From an uncultured Gammaproteobacteria bacterium (GTDB lineage: Bacteria > Patescibacteriota > Microgenomatia > Levybacterales > UBA12049), in assembly GCA_964461865.1 (NCBI GenBank), contig CAYWVK010000002.1, forward strand, positions 1-39,306: a stretch of 39,306 nt of DNA. The letters run 5' to 3'. Made by a program: the position numbers and the translations under genes. The notes below the pieces were generated by a model. It was not told the origin of the DNA, ran no database searches, and saw only the letters and a list, made by a program, of their open reading frames with translations. Position 1 is the first letter of the stretch. Every line of letters begins with the position of its first letter. Positions 18,711-27,772 of this stretch are shown piece after piece.

Positions 18711-21080
18711 TTAAATCCCCAAATGAAAAATTTCTTTAAATGGAGAAACAGTAGTGATAATAATTTGAGAAACAACAGTAAAAATTAAGGCAAGTACCAA
18801 AAGCTTATTATATTTAAAGGCATTTTTACCTCTAATTATAAATATGATTAAAATATGGGAGAATATTAAAAGATTAAAAACAATGGTTCTGGCAAAAGTT
18901 TCTCCTTGAAAAAGAGTTTGTTTAAAAACAAAGCCACAAATTACAGCCAAAATAATTCCGGTAAAAATAATAAAGAGTAGGTGGTTTTTAGTTAAAAAAT
19001 TAGCTCTTGGGTCCCTTGGTTTTTGTTTTAAAACTCCAATATCTTTGTTGTCACTTGCTAGGCTTAAAGCAGGAAGACCATCGGTTACAAGATTAATCCA
19101 TAAAATTTGAGTAGGAATAAGAGGGGATGGAAGCCCCAAAAGCATAGCTAAGATAATAAGGGAAATTTCGGCTAGGTTTCCGGATAAAAGATAAGTAATG
19201 GATTTTAAGATGTTATTATAAATTGTTCTGCCTTCAAATATCGCAGAAATCAAGGTTGAATAATTATCATCGGATAAGACAATATCCGATGCTTCTTTTG
19301 CTACTTCTGTTCCGCTTTTACCCATTGCAACCCCAACATCGCTTTTTTTAAGAGCTAAAGCGTCATTTACTCCGTCTCCTGTAACACCAACAATAAGTCC
19401 CTGACTTTTATAAAGAGTTACTATTCTTAATTTATCCTCCGGTTTTGTCCTGGCAAAAATTCTTACTTTTGGTAAAAGTTTAATTAATTCTTCATCCGAT
19501 AACTTTTCTAAATTTTCTCCGGTTAATACTTCTTCACCTTTTTCAATTAAGCCTAATTCTTCAGCAATGGTTAAGGCAGTTAATTCATTATCGCCTGTTA
19601 CCATAACTGTTTTAATACCGGCTTGCCTTGCTTGTGAAATTGCCTCCTTAGCTTCATCTCTTGGGGGATCATAAATTCCTACAAATCCTAAAAAGTCTAA
19701 GTTTTGCTCAATTGTTTCTCGATTTTTATTTTTAAAATCTTTTTCCTCTTTTTGGGCAAATCCAATAACTCTTAAGCCCTGCTTTGCAAATGCCTCGAAT
19801 TCTTTTCTGATTTTTTCCTTTTCATTTTCACTTAGAAAAGCTTTTTCAAGAATTGTTTCAGGAGCGCCTCTTACAAATACAAATTTTTTATTATCTTCCT
19901 CCCAAACAGTAGTGATTAATTTAGTTTTTGGGTCAAAAACAAATTCATCAATTATTTTTCCACCATCTTTAATTTTCTCAAAGTCTAATTTTTGCTCCTT
20001 AAGCCACAAAAGAAGAGATCCGTCTGTTTTATCTCCGATTACTTCAAATTCTTCCTTTTTTAAACCTCCTTCTTTTTCAACAAGTGAGGCGGTATTTCCC
20101 AAAAGACAAGCTCTGTATATTGAAGAAAGTTTGCCCTCGTTTCTTAACCAGAATTTTTTAACAGTCATTTGATTTTTGGTTAACGTACCTGTTTTATCGG
20201 ATAAAATTACTTGAACAGCTCCTAGTGTTTCAACTGAAGCCATTTTTCTTACCACTGCATTTTTCTTGGCCATTCTTTTTGTTCCGATAGCCAAAGCTAT
20301 TGTAATAACAGCAGGGAGTCCTTCCGGAATTGCGGCAACACCAATGCTTATTGCTAAAAGAATTAAGGGGATTAGTTCTTTTTGTTGCATTAATCCGATT
20401 GGAATAATTGATGCAGCAGCAATAATTACTAAAATTGAGAGAAATTTTCCTAAAGTTCCCAGTCTTTTTTGAAGTGGAGTTTTACCAACACTTATTGAGG
20501 ATAACTCTTTGGCAATTTCTCCAAATTTTGTATTCATCCCGGTTTTTTCAACTAAAACTTGTGCTCTTCCTTTTGAAACTAAGCTGCCTGAAAATACAAA
20601 GTCTGAAACCTCTTTTGCTACAGGCAGCGATTCTCCGGTTAATGTTGACTCATCAACTTCTAGATGGTGGCAGATAATAATTTTTCCATCAGCAGGAATA
20701 TATGATCCTTCATCAATAACAATTAAGTCTTGAGGAACAATTTCTGTGGTCGGAACCTCAATTTCTTTACCGTCTCTTGTTACTTTTGTAAAAGGGATGA
20801 TATACCCTTTTAATTTTTCTATTGCTTTTTCAGCTTGGTATTCCTGAATAAATCCAAATACCGCGGTTAAAAAAACAATTGCTAAAATTAAAGATCCGTC
20901 AACAATATCTTTTATAAAAAAAGAAAAAGCAGCTGCTAAAACAAGAATTAAATTAAGAAATGAAAACAATTGGGAAATAAAGATTTTAACTGCAACAAAT
21001 CTTTTTTTTATTTTAATCTCGTTTTTACCAAAAGTTTTTAAAGCCAGTGCTGCTTCACTTGCTGTTAAACCTTTTATCAT
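18711..21080 (-). CDS. P-type cation-transporting ATPase (type II, Ca2+-ATPase-like)
   Basis: 789 aa. Phosphorylation site DKTGTLT, PEGLPAVITIALAIG in M4, TGDN, and hinge TGDGVNDALALKKSDVGVAMG. Confidence 0.9.
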   Translation of the reverse strand: MIKGLTASEAALALKTFGKNEIKIKKRFVAVKIFISQLFSFLNLILVLAAAFSFFIKDIVDGSLILAIVFLTAVFGFIQEYQAEKAIEKLKGYIIPFTKVTRDGKEIEVPTTEIVPQDLIVIDEGSYIPADGKIIICHHLEVDESTLTGESLPVAKEVSDFVFSGSLVSKGRAQVLVEKTGMNTKFGEIAKELSSISVGKTPLQKRLGTLGKFLSILVIIAAASIIPIGLMQQKELIPLILLAISIGVAAIPEGLPAVITIALAIGTKRMAKKNAVVRKMASVETLGAVQVILSDKTGTLTKNQMTVKKFWLRNEGKLSSIYRACLLGNTASLVEKEGGLKKEEFEVIGDKTDGSLLLWLKEQKLDFEKIKDGGKIIDEFVFDPKTKLITTVWEEDNKKFVFVRGAPETILEKAFLSENEKEKIRKEFEAFAKQGLRVIGFAQKEEKDFKNKNRETIEQNLDFLGFVGIYDPPRDEAKEAISQARQAGIKTVMVTGDNELTALTIAEELGLIEKGEEVLTGENLEKLSDEELIKLLPKVRIFARTKPEDKLRIVTLYKSQGLIVGVTGDGVNDALALKKSDVGVAMGKSGTEVAKEASDIVLSDDNYSTLISAIFEGRTIYNNILKSITYLLSGNLAEISLIILAMLLGLPSPLIPTQILWINLVTDGLPALSLASDNKDIGVLKQKPRDPRANFLTKNHLLFIIFTGIILAVICGFVFKQTLFQGETFARTIVFNLLIFSHILIIFIIRGKNAFKYNKLLVLALIFTVVSQIIITTVSPFKEIFHLGI

Positions 21081-21130
21081 TATTAATCTATTCTAACAAA
21101 GATTTCATATAAGAAAAACCTTGGTGAAAG

Positions 21131-21139
21131 TGCTAAAAT
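21131..21139 (+). promoter_or_regulatory. Extended -10 promoter element upstream of dnaG
   Basis: TGCTAAAAT 11 nt upstream of ATG 21151. No SD. Confidence 0.4.
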
Positions 21140-21150
21140 AAGCCTTAATC

Positions 21151-22926
21151 ATGGATCAGGTTAATCAAGTAAGAGAAAAGATAGATATTGTAGCGTTAAT
21201 TTCAGAATATTTAACACTTAAAAAAGCAGGCAGAAATTTTAAGGCAGTATGTCCTTTTCATAATGAAAAAACTCCCTCATTTGTAATTTCTCCGGAAAGG
21301 CAAATTTGGCATTGTTTCGGGTGCAACAAGGGAGGAGATGTCTTTACCTTTTTAATGGAGTATGAAAATTTAGAATTTGTTGAAGCCTTAAGAATTTTAG
21401 CTAAAAGAGCAGGTATTGAACTTAAGGATTACACATACAATAAGGGTGCTCAAAGTATAAAAGAAAAAATTTTTAACTTAAATGAAAAAACAGCTAAATT
21501 TTATTCCTATCTTTTAACAAACCATACAATCGGTAAAAAAGCACTTGATTATCTTTTAGAGGAGAGAAAAATCCCTAAAGGTTTAATTGAAGCATTTCAA
21601 ATCGGTTATTCACCATCCCTTGGCAGCAGTCTTACTAACTATTTAATAAAAAAAGGTTTTAAAAAAGAAGATTTAAGAGAAGCAGGGCTTTGTTTTGATT
21701 TAAGAGGAAATGTAGTTGATTTTTTTAAGGGTAGATTAATGTTTCCCTTAAAAGATCACAGGGGAAATATTAACGGGTTTTCAGCCAGGCTTTTAACGGA
21801 TTCAAAAACAATTGACGGACCAAAATATATAAACACCAAAGATACTCCTGCATATCACAAAGGAGAGTTGTTTTTTGGACTTGATAAAGCAAAAGAGGAG
21901 ATTAAAAAACTGGATAGGGCAATCATAGTTGAGGGAGAATTTGATGTTATCTCCTTAGTTAAAGAGAATATAAAAAATGTTGTTGCCATTAAAGGAACTG
22001 CTTTAACGGAAAACCAGGTAATTCTTTTATCAAGATTTTGTCAAAAAGTAACTCTTTGTTTAGATCAAGATGAAGCTGGTTTTGAAGCAATGAAGAGAAG
22101 TCTTGTCTTTTTGGAAAAAAGAGGATTAACAACAAGTGTAATAGACATCAAAAATGGAAAAGATCCGGACGAAGCAATTAAAAAAGATCCGATAGCTTTT
22201 AAAAAGGCATTAAAAAATGATATTGGGGTTTATGATTATTTAATTGAAAAAATAATTTCTAAAAATGATAAAACAAAAGCAGAAGGAAAGAAAAAAATCA
22301 CCGACGAATTACTTTTATTAATTTCACAAATTTCAAATGAAATCGTTAAAGAACACTATCTTAAACTTTTAGGAAAAGAAATTGATGTTTCTTTAGAGAC
22401 TCTTCAAAAACAGCTTGATAAAGTGCAAGCAGGAGCAAAGGAAGAGGAAGTAAAAATTGTAAGAAAGAATAAAAAATCAAGAAGAGAAACAATGGAGGAG
22501 TATTTACTGTCTATTATTATTCAGCAAGAAAACACAAAAGAGCTGTTTTTAAAAGCAAAGGAAGAGCTTAAGGATTATCAGTTTGAAGTTTTATCAATTA
22601 AAAAGATAATTGATCAATTGGAAGTATATTTTAAGAATATAAATGAATTTGATCAGAAGAAATTTGCTAATGGTTTACCAAAAGAGTTAGTTCAAATTTT
22701 TGACGCTTGTTTTATTTTACCTCTTTTCTCATCGCTTCCAGCGGAGAAAAACGAGAGTGAAGTAATAAAAATAGCAAAAGAACTGTACGCCCTTTTTATA
22801 AAAGAGGAGATTCAAAAAATCAGCGATAGTTTAAAAAAAGCAAAACAGGATAAAAAGGAGGAGTTAATAAAAGACTTAGAAGATAAATTAGGAAATTTTA
22901 TTAAAAAACTTCCCGGAGGTAATTAA
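21151..22926 (+). CDS. dnaG: DNA primase
   Basis: CHC2 zinc finger CPFHNEKTPSFVISPERQIWHCFGCNKGGD. TOPRIM IIVEGEFDVISL ... LDQDEAG. Confidence 0.95.
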   Translation: MDQVNQVREKIDIVALISEYLTLKKAGRNFKAVCPFHNEKTPSFVISPERQIWHCFGCNKGGDVFTFLMEYENLEFVEALRILAKRAGIELKDYTYNKGAQSIKEKIFNLNEKTAKFYSYLLTNHTIGKKALDYLLEERKIPKGLIEAFQIGYSPSLGSSLTNYLIKKGFKKEDLREAGLCFDLRGNVVDFFKGRLMFPLKDHRGNINGFSARLLTDSKTIDGPKYINTKDTPAYHKGELFFGLDKAKEEIKKLDRAIIVEGEFDVISLVKENIKNVVAIKGTALTENQVILLSRFCQKVTLCLDQDEAGFEAMKRSLVFLEKRGLTTSVIDIKNGKDPDEAIKKDPIAFKKALKNDIGVYDYLIEKIISKNDKTKAEGKKKITDELLLLISQISNEIVKEHYLKLLGKEIDVSLETLQKQLDKVQAGAKEEEVKIVRKNKKSRRETMEEYLLSIIIQQENTKELFLKAKEELKDYQFEVLSIKKIIDQLEVYFKNINEFDQKKFANGLPKELVQIFDACFILPLFSSLPAEKNESEVIKIAKELYALFIKEEIQKISDSLKKAKQDKKEELIKDLEDKLGNFIKKLPGGN

Positions 22927-22951
22927 ACAGGTTTTAATTTCAGCCTCATCG

Positions 22952-22960
22952 TGTTAAAAT
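22952..22960 (+). promoter_or_regulatory. Extended -10 promoter element upstream of rpoD
   Basis: TGTTAAAAT 10 nt upstream of ATG 22971. No SD. Confidence 0.4.
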
Positions 22961-22970
22961 GTGAATATAT

Positions 22971-24053
22971 ATGAAGCAAAAAGAACCAAGTATTTTAAAA
23001 GACATTGTAGTTTCTGCTAAGAAAAGAGGCTATATAACTCAGGATGAGATCTTATCTATTTTTCCAAAGCCCGAAGAACATATCCTAGAATTAGATAAAC
23101 TTTACGATAAGCTTATATCTTCGGATATCGATGTTTTTGAATCGGTTGTATCGGAAAAAGACACACAAAAACCAATTGCGGATTTGGAAAAAGAACTTGA
23201 AGCTTTAACGGTTTTAACCGAAGGGACAGTTTCAGATCCTGTTAGAATGTATTTAAAAGAAATCGGAAGAATTCCACTTTTAACTTTCGATCAGGAAATT
23301 TCTCTTGCTAAAAGAGTTGAAAAAGGAGATAAGAAAGCAAAAGCAGTTTTAGTTAATTCTAATTTAAGATTAGTTGTTTCAATTGCAAAAAAATATGTCG
23401 GAAGAGGATTAACGCTTCTTGATTTAATCCAGGAGGGAAATCAAGGATTAATCAGGGCAGTTGAAAAATACGATTGGCAAAGAGGTTTTAAATTTTCAAC
23501 CTATGCAACCTGGTGGATAAGGCAATCTATTACCAGAGCCATTGCCGATCAGGCAAGAACAATTAGAATTCCTGTTCATATGGTTGAAAATATTAACCGG
23601 TTTTTAAGAACTTCAAGAAAATTAATGCAGGAATTAGGAAGAGAGCCAACTCCTGAAGAGGTTGCCAAAACCTTAGGAATAGAACCTGAAAAAGCATTGG
23701 AAATTATTAAAATTTCTCAAGAACCGGCAAGCCTAGAGTCACCTGTTGGAGATGAAGAGGACTCAAGACTTGGTGATTTTATTCACGATTCAACAGCACC
23801 AACACTTTTTGATACAGCCTCAAGAGAATTATTAAAGGAACAAGTAGAACAGGTTTTATTAACACTTTCTGATAGGGAAAAAAGAGTACTTGAAGAGCGT
23901 TTTGGCTTAAAAGATGGAAGGCCAAAAACTCTAGAAGAAGTTGGAAAAATGTTTGCTGTAACAAGAGAGAGAATTAGGCAAATTGAAGCAAAAGCTTTAA
24001 GAAAATTAAGACATCCGTCCCGTGGAAACAAACTTAAAGATTATTTAGGTTAA
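22971..24053 (+). CDS. rpoD: RNA polymerase primary sigma factor (sigma-70 family)
   Basis: Region 2 ([41 protein letters not shown]), region 3 ([10 protein letters not shown]), region 4 ([30 protein letters not shown]). dnaG-rpoD synteny. Confidence 0.95.
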   Translation: MKQKEPSILKDIVVSAKKRGYITQDEILSIFPKPEEHILELDKLYDKLISSDIDVFESVVSEKDTQKPIADLEKELEALTVLTEGTVSDPVRMYLKEIGRIPLLTFDQEISLAKRVEKGDKKAKAVLVNSNLRLVVSIAKKYVGRGLTLLDLIQEGNQGLIRAVEKYDWQRGFKFSTYATWWIRQSITRAIADQARTIRIPVHMVENINRFLRTSRKLMQELGREPTPEEVAKTLGIEPEKALEIIKISQEPASLESPVGDEEDSRLGDFIHDSTAPTLFDTASRELLKEQVEQVLLTLSDREKRVLEERFGLKDGRPKTLEEVGKMFAVTRERIRQIEAKALRKLRHPSRGNKLKDYLG

Positions 24054-24262
24054 CGTGGTAATTCCTCTGCTCCTATTAATACAGAGCCTGCAACCAGAGA
24101 ATTTCTTGAATTATTTTTTTCAACTTCCGCTTTGTCCTTACCCTTATTGGTAATTATCAAAGGCTTAATTCCCGAAATATCGCAATTAAAAAAAACAAAA
24201 CCTTTTTTATCACTATCTTCAGCAGACACAATTGTCCTAGGACTAGGTTGTTCCTTACTCAT
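24050..24262 (-). CDS. Hypothetical small protein
   Basis: 70-aa ORF with ordinary, charged composition, co-oriented with the next upstream minus-strand gene. Preferred over the overlapping + strand ORF 24132-24386, which looks like a shadow. No family recognised. Confidence 0.35.
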   Translation of the reverse strand: MSKEQPSPRTIVSAEDSDKKGFVFFNCDISGIKPLIITNKGKDKAEVEKNNSRNSLVAGSVLIGAEELPR

Positions 24263-24316
24263 GCGCTATTTTATAGCATGCTTGATTATGTTTTGCAAGC
24301 TGGAGAGTAATAAGTA

Positions 24317-24574
24317 TTATTTTTTGTTAACAAAATTCCAAACTGTTGCAAAAACCCAACCAAAAACATATCCAAGAATAAAGTAAACAATAATTAAAAC
24401 AATTGCCGTAACTAAATCGAAAGGTTGGTATTGTAATGGGTTACTTATAAAGTGTAGTCCCATTAGCCAGGTCATTACAGGCTCAAGCCAGTTAAGTCCT
24501 GCTAAAATTGCCCAAGCTAAATGAAAAAGGGCAATAAAACTTCCAAGACCTAAGGCTACTTTTTCTCTTTTCAT
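24317..24574 (-). CDS. Small integral membrane protein (DUF5676-like, tentative)
   Basis: 85 aa with 2-3 hydrophobic helices (VALGLGSFIALFHLAWAILAGL; VTAIVLIIVYFILGYVFGWVFATVW). Confidence 0.5.
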   Translation of the reverse strand: MKREKVALGLGSFIALFHLAWAILAGLNWLEPVMTWLMGLHFISNPLQYQPFDLVTAIVLIIVYFILGYVFGWVFATVWNFVNKK

Positions 24575-24668
24575 TTTCTCACCCCCTTTATTCTAAGATT
24601 ACATATTTTTATCCCCAAAAGCAAACTGTGGAATAATATCCTTTTTCATGCTAAAATCTTAGGTGCTT

Positions 24669-24740
24669 TCCCCTGTAGCTCAACGGTAGAGCAGGAAGCT
24701 GTTAACTTCAAGGTTCGAGGTTCGAATCCTCGCGGGGGAG
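24669..24740 (+). tRNA. tRNA-Asn (anticodon GTT)
   Basis: 72-nt cloverleaf read by hand. Acceptor TCCCCTG/CGGGGGA (one G-U), D arm GCTC-AACGGTA-GAGC, anticodon loop CTGTTAA, T arm CGAGG-TTCGAAT-CCTCG, discriminator G. CCA not encoded. Confidence 0.9.
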
Positions 24741-24790
24741 CAAGCTAGTGCATGGTCAACTGACCGAGGTCTCTATTTAGCCTATCAAGG
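24741..24790 (+). repeat. Left direct repeat (DR-L) of the island, immediately 3' of tRNA-Asn
   Basis: CAAGCTAGTGCATGGTCAACTGACCGAGGTCTCTATTTAGCCTATCAAGG. The 32-nt core 24759-24790 matches 38899-38930 at 30/32 positions, preceded by a looser AAG(C)TAGTGCA block. Confidence 0.75.
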
Positions 24791-24813
24791 CTTTCTAAAG
24801 ACCTCATTTTTTT
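24766..24813 (+). terminator. Putative intrinsic terminator after tRNA-Asn
   Basis: GAGGTCT (24766-24772) pairs with AGACCTC (24799-24805), with inner AGCCT/AGGCT pairing, followed by a 7-T run (24807-13). The loop is large, so confidence is moderate. Confidence 0.45.
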
Positions 24814-25296
24814 GTCAAACTCTCGGACCGGATTTTACGCTCAAATGCCACCCAGTGCCAGGATTCGGTCTGTAGTCTCACGCATTGACATTAAAAATTT
24901 AAAAGAATAAAATCCTGATGCATAGCCTGTCCAAAATAGGCTTTATGGATATAAGTAAATTTTTAGATTTTAAAGAAAAACGGCAATTAATAAAAGATAT
25001 TGTCATTTAGTTTGTCTCTGGCTTTGCCCTTCTTTTTTTAGGTAAGTTGCTTGAAAATTTGCTGGGAAAACAGTTAAACCTAGTCTCTCGATATATTATT
25101 ACTCCTCCAGACGCTGTCTCAGTCGCTGCCTTTTTCTTACTGCTAGTCTTATTTTTTGTTCCAATCTTTTTTTCTTTTCTTCGAAATAATCTTTTTTCAT
25201 ACCCTTGAATTCAAGTTTTATCCAAGCGTATTGTATATAATTTTGCTTACCAAAGAAATATAAAATTTAATTTTTGAATTTTGTATAATACTTCCG

Positions 25297-25704
25297 ATGG
25301 ATAGAATATCAAAAGAAAAAAGAAGCTGGAACATGTCCAGAATTATGTCTGAAAATACTAAACCAGAGCTTATTATTTTTTCCGCTCTTGATAAGTTAAA
25401 TATAAAATATAAAAAACACTATAATATTTCAGGTAAGCCTGATATTGCATTTCCGAAAAATAAAATTGCGGTATTTATTAACGGTGAGTTTTGGCATGGC
25501 AGGAGATTTGCAAAAGAAAAAAATAGTTATCCAGAATTTTGGGTAAACAAAATTTCGGAAAACATAAAAAGAGACAGAAAAAACTATAAATTACTTAAAG
25601 AAAAGGGGTGGAAAATTATCAAAATTTGGGATAAGGATTTGAAAAAACACATAAATAGAGAATTCAATAAAATTATGCGGGCTATCAACATTGAAACTAT
25701 TTAG
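25297..25704 (+). CDS. vsr: Very short patch repair endonuclease
   Basis: 135 aa. SKEKRSWNMSRIMSENTKPELIIFSALDKL...KPDIAFPKNKIAVFINGEFWHG is the Vsr signature. TATAAT at 25284-25289 lies 7 nt before the ATG. Confidence 0.9.
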   Translation: MDRISKEKRSWNMSRIMSENTKPELIIFSALDKLNIKYKKHYNISGKPDIAFPKNKIAVFINGEFWHGRRFAKEKNSYPEFWVNKISENIKRDRKNYKLLKEKGWKIIKIWDKDLKKHINREFNKIMRAINIETI

Positions 25705-26803
25705 CCTGAAGGGTTTTAATTATTTGTGAGGCTATTGCCTGAATTACCGGAACGGCAACGCTGTTGCCCAGTTGTTTCATTCTCTGAGAACTGCTTACAA
25801 TCCCTTCGGGAAACTTAAAATCGTAAGGGTATCCCATAATCGCCTTTGCCTCATCAACTGAAATAGTATGCGGTTTTTTCCTTCTACTGCCGTCTTTGTC
25901 AGCTTCAAAAAACATATATGAGTCCCATGTCCTTTTGTCGTTTACCCACACTTTATTTTCGCTGACTTTGATATATGATTCGGGTGTCTTTTTACCTTTT
26001 GCAACCCAGTTCATACTTTTGTATGCCGAGCCGACACCTCCGACCCTGAGTGTTCGACCGATACGATCCGGCCATCCGTCTCTGGAAATTTCACATTTAT
26101 CCCAATTCTTATTTAAACTCTTAAAATACTTATTAAGAGTAATCCCTCCGTCATGGGTAGGTTTGGGGAATTTGAATTTAGAAGCATTAGCGACATTTGT
26201 TTCAAACGCTACCATATAGAATCTCTGCCTGTGTGTCGGCAGTCCGAAATCACTGGCTTTTAATATATTCCAAGAATCGTCTCTTTCTCTATTCACATGA
26301 TAACCGGCTTTGTCCAACTTACTCAGGATATAGTTAAACGTCCTTCCTTCGTTATGTGTCAGAATATTCCTTACATTCTCCAAAAAAACAACTTTAGGTT
26401 TCCTGGCAATTATTATCCTTTCAATATCGTTAAATAACGTCCCCCTGCTGTCTTCAAACCCGTGCTTTTTCCCGATATTGCTGAACGGTTGACACGGAAA
26501 TCCTGCGCACAATATGTCGAACTCAGGTATTATGCTTAAAATGTTCTTCTTCCAAACTGATTCGGGCAGCATAGTATCTGACAACGTAATTTCTTTAATG
26601 CTTTTCCAAAAAAACGGCTCCCTTTTTTTATCTGAAAACAGTTTTTTATCTTTTTTAACAAAATTATTTTCATAAGTTTTTCGGGCATTTGAATCAAACT
26701 CATTAACAAAAGCGCATTCCGCTCCAAGATTACTGAACGCAATATGAAATCCACCTATGCCCGCAAATAAATCGATAAAGGTGATCTTTTTCTTTGTTTT
26801 CAT
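25697..26803 (-). CDS. dcm: DNA (cytosine-5)-methyltransferase
   Basis: Motif I DLFAGIGG, motif IV GFPCQPFS, motif VI FLENVRNI, motif VIII THRQRFY, motif X GNSVAVPV. The 3' end overlaps vsr by 8 nt (convergent). Confidence 0.93.
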   Translation of the reverse strand: MKTKKKITFIDLFAGIGGFHIAFSNLGAECAFVNEFDSNARKTYENNFVKKDKKLFSDKKREPFFWKSIKEITLSDTMLPESVWKKNILSIIPEFDILCAGFPCQPFSNIGKKHGFEDSRGTLFNDIERIIIARKPKVVFLENVRNILTHNEGRTFNYILSKLDKAGYHVNRERDDSWNILKASDFGLPTHRQRFYMVAFETNVANASKFKFPKPTHDGGITLNKYFKSLNKNWDKCEISRDGWPDRIGRTLRVGGVGSAYKSMNWVAKGKKTPESYIKVSENKVWVNDKRTWDSYMFFEADKDGSRRKKPHTISVDEAKAIMGYPYDFKFPEGIVSSSQRMKQLGNSVAVPVIQAIASQIIKTLQAK

Positions 26804-26864
26804 TTAGCTATTATATACTGAAATCCTTTGAAAGTATTATTATTTAATATTATCATAAAAAATC

Positions 26865-26899
26865 ACATATTGACAATATGTAGTCATATAAGGTATAAT
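26865..26899 (+). promoter_or_regulatory. Promoter with palindromic operator for the 26910-31963 operon
   Basis: 17-nt perfect palindrome ACATATTG-A-CAATATGT (26865-26881) contains TTGACA (26870-26875). 18-nt spacer, TATAAT (26894-26899), then ATG 10 nt further. Confidence 0.45.
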
Positions 26900-26909
26900 A
26901 ACATATATT

Positions 26910-27143
26910 ATGTCAAAGAAAAAATACAATAACTCAAGAGAAAGATTTTTGGATGTTGCAGAGGCACGAACAAATGCTGTCTTAGATAGGATCAGAATTC
27001 TCGGCAATTGTTCTAATAAAAGTCTCTATAGTTATTCTCCGGATGAAATTAATAAAATTTTTAAAACCATCCAGGATGATTTAGATCATAATAAAGCAAG
27101 GTTTAAACTAGAAGAATCAAGAAAAAGAAAATTTAAGCTTTAA
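26910..27143 (+). CDS. Hypothetical small helical protein, first gene of island operon
   Basis: 77-aa ORF, basic ends, no family recognised. Followed after 2 nt by the next gene. Confidence 0.55.
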   Translation: MSKKKYNNSRERFLDVAEARTNAVLDRIRILGNCSNKSLYSYSPDEINKIFKTIQDDLDHNKARFKLEESRKRKFKL

Positions 27144-27145
27144 AA

Positions 27146-27772
27146 ATGAATAATAATCTTACAAGGTCCCAAAAAATTTTAATTGTCCTTTATAATCTTG
27201 CTGATGGTACAACAAAAAAAATACGTTTTGAAGACATAGCAGTCAGTGCATTCCAAACATATAAAGCAGACTTTCAGCTTCGAGGTTATCCTCAATATCC
27301 CGATACGGGAGACATAGTACATAAACCTCTTTACAGTGATTTAAAAAAACACGGATATATTTTATCCGGCAATAAATATTTTTCATTAACACCTAAGGGT
27401 ATCGAATATGCAAAAAAGGTATTAAATTTAAATGCAGATTCATCAAAAAAGGACGATTCATATGTTAAATTTACAATGGATCAACAGAAAGAAATAGAGC
27501 GCATAAAAGATTCGGCAGCGTTTAAACTTTTTTATGAAGGAAAACAGGAAGAAATTTTAGATATTGATTTTTATTCATATTTGGGTGTTACCGTAAGAAC
27601 AAATAAATTTGATTTTCTCGGCAGATTGGCAGCTGTTGAAGATGCAATTGAAGCCACAAAAAATAAAAGTAGACTACTGTATAAGGAACTAATAAACTGT
27701 CACGCTTTTCTTAAAAAGAAATTTAAAGATAATTTGGAATTTATAAAAAACAGTAAAGGAGGGAAAAGATGA
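27146..27772 (+). CDS. Hypothetical protein with N-terminal winged-helix-like domain
   Basis: 208 aa. The N-terminal ~95 aa (SQKILIVLYNLADGTTKKIRFEDIAV...KHGYILSGNKYFSLTPKGIEYAKKV) has a wHTH-like pattern. The stop overlaps the next start (ATGA). Confidence 0.6.
   Translation: MNNNLTRSQKILIVLYNLADGTTKKIRFEDIAVSAFQTYKADFQLRGYPQYPDTGDIVHKPLYSDLKKHGYILSGNKYFSLTPKGIEYAKKVLNLNADSSKKDDSYVKFTMDQQKEIERIKDSAAFKLFYEGKQEEILDIDFYSYLGVTVRTNKFDFLGRLAAVEDAIEATKNKSRLLYKELINCHAFLKKKFKDNLEFIKNSKGGKR

Noticed and set aside
24132-24386. 84-aa + strand ORF between rpoD and the small membrane protein gene
   Set aside because: It overlaps two minus-strand ORFs, one clearly a membrane protein. Its Leu/Ile/Lys-rich composition has no start context, so it is judged a shadow.
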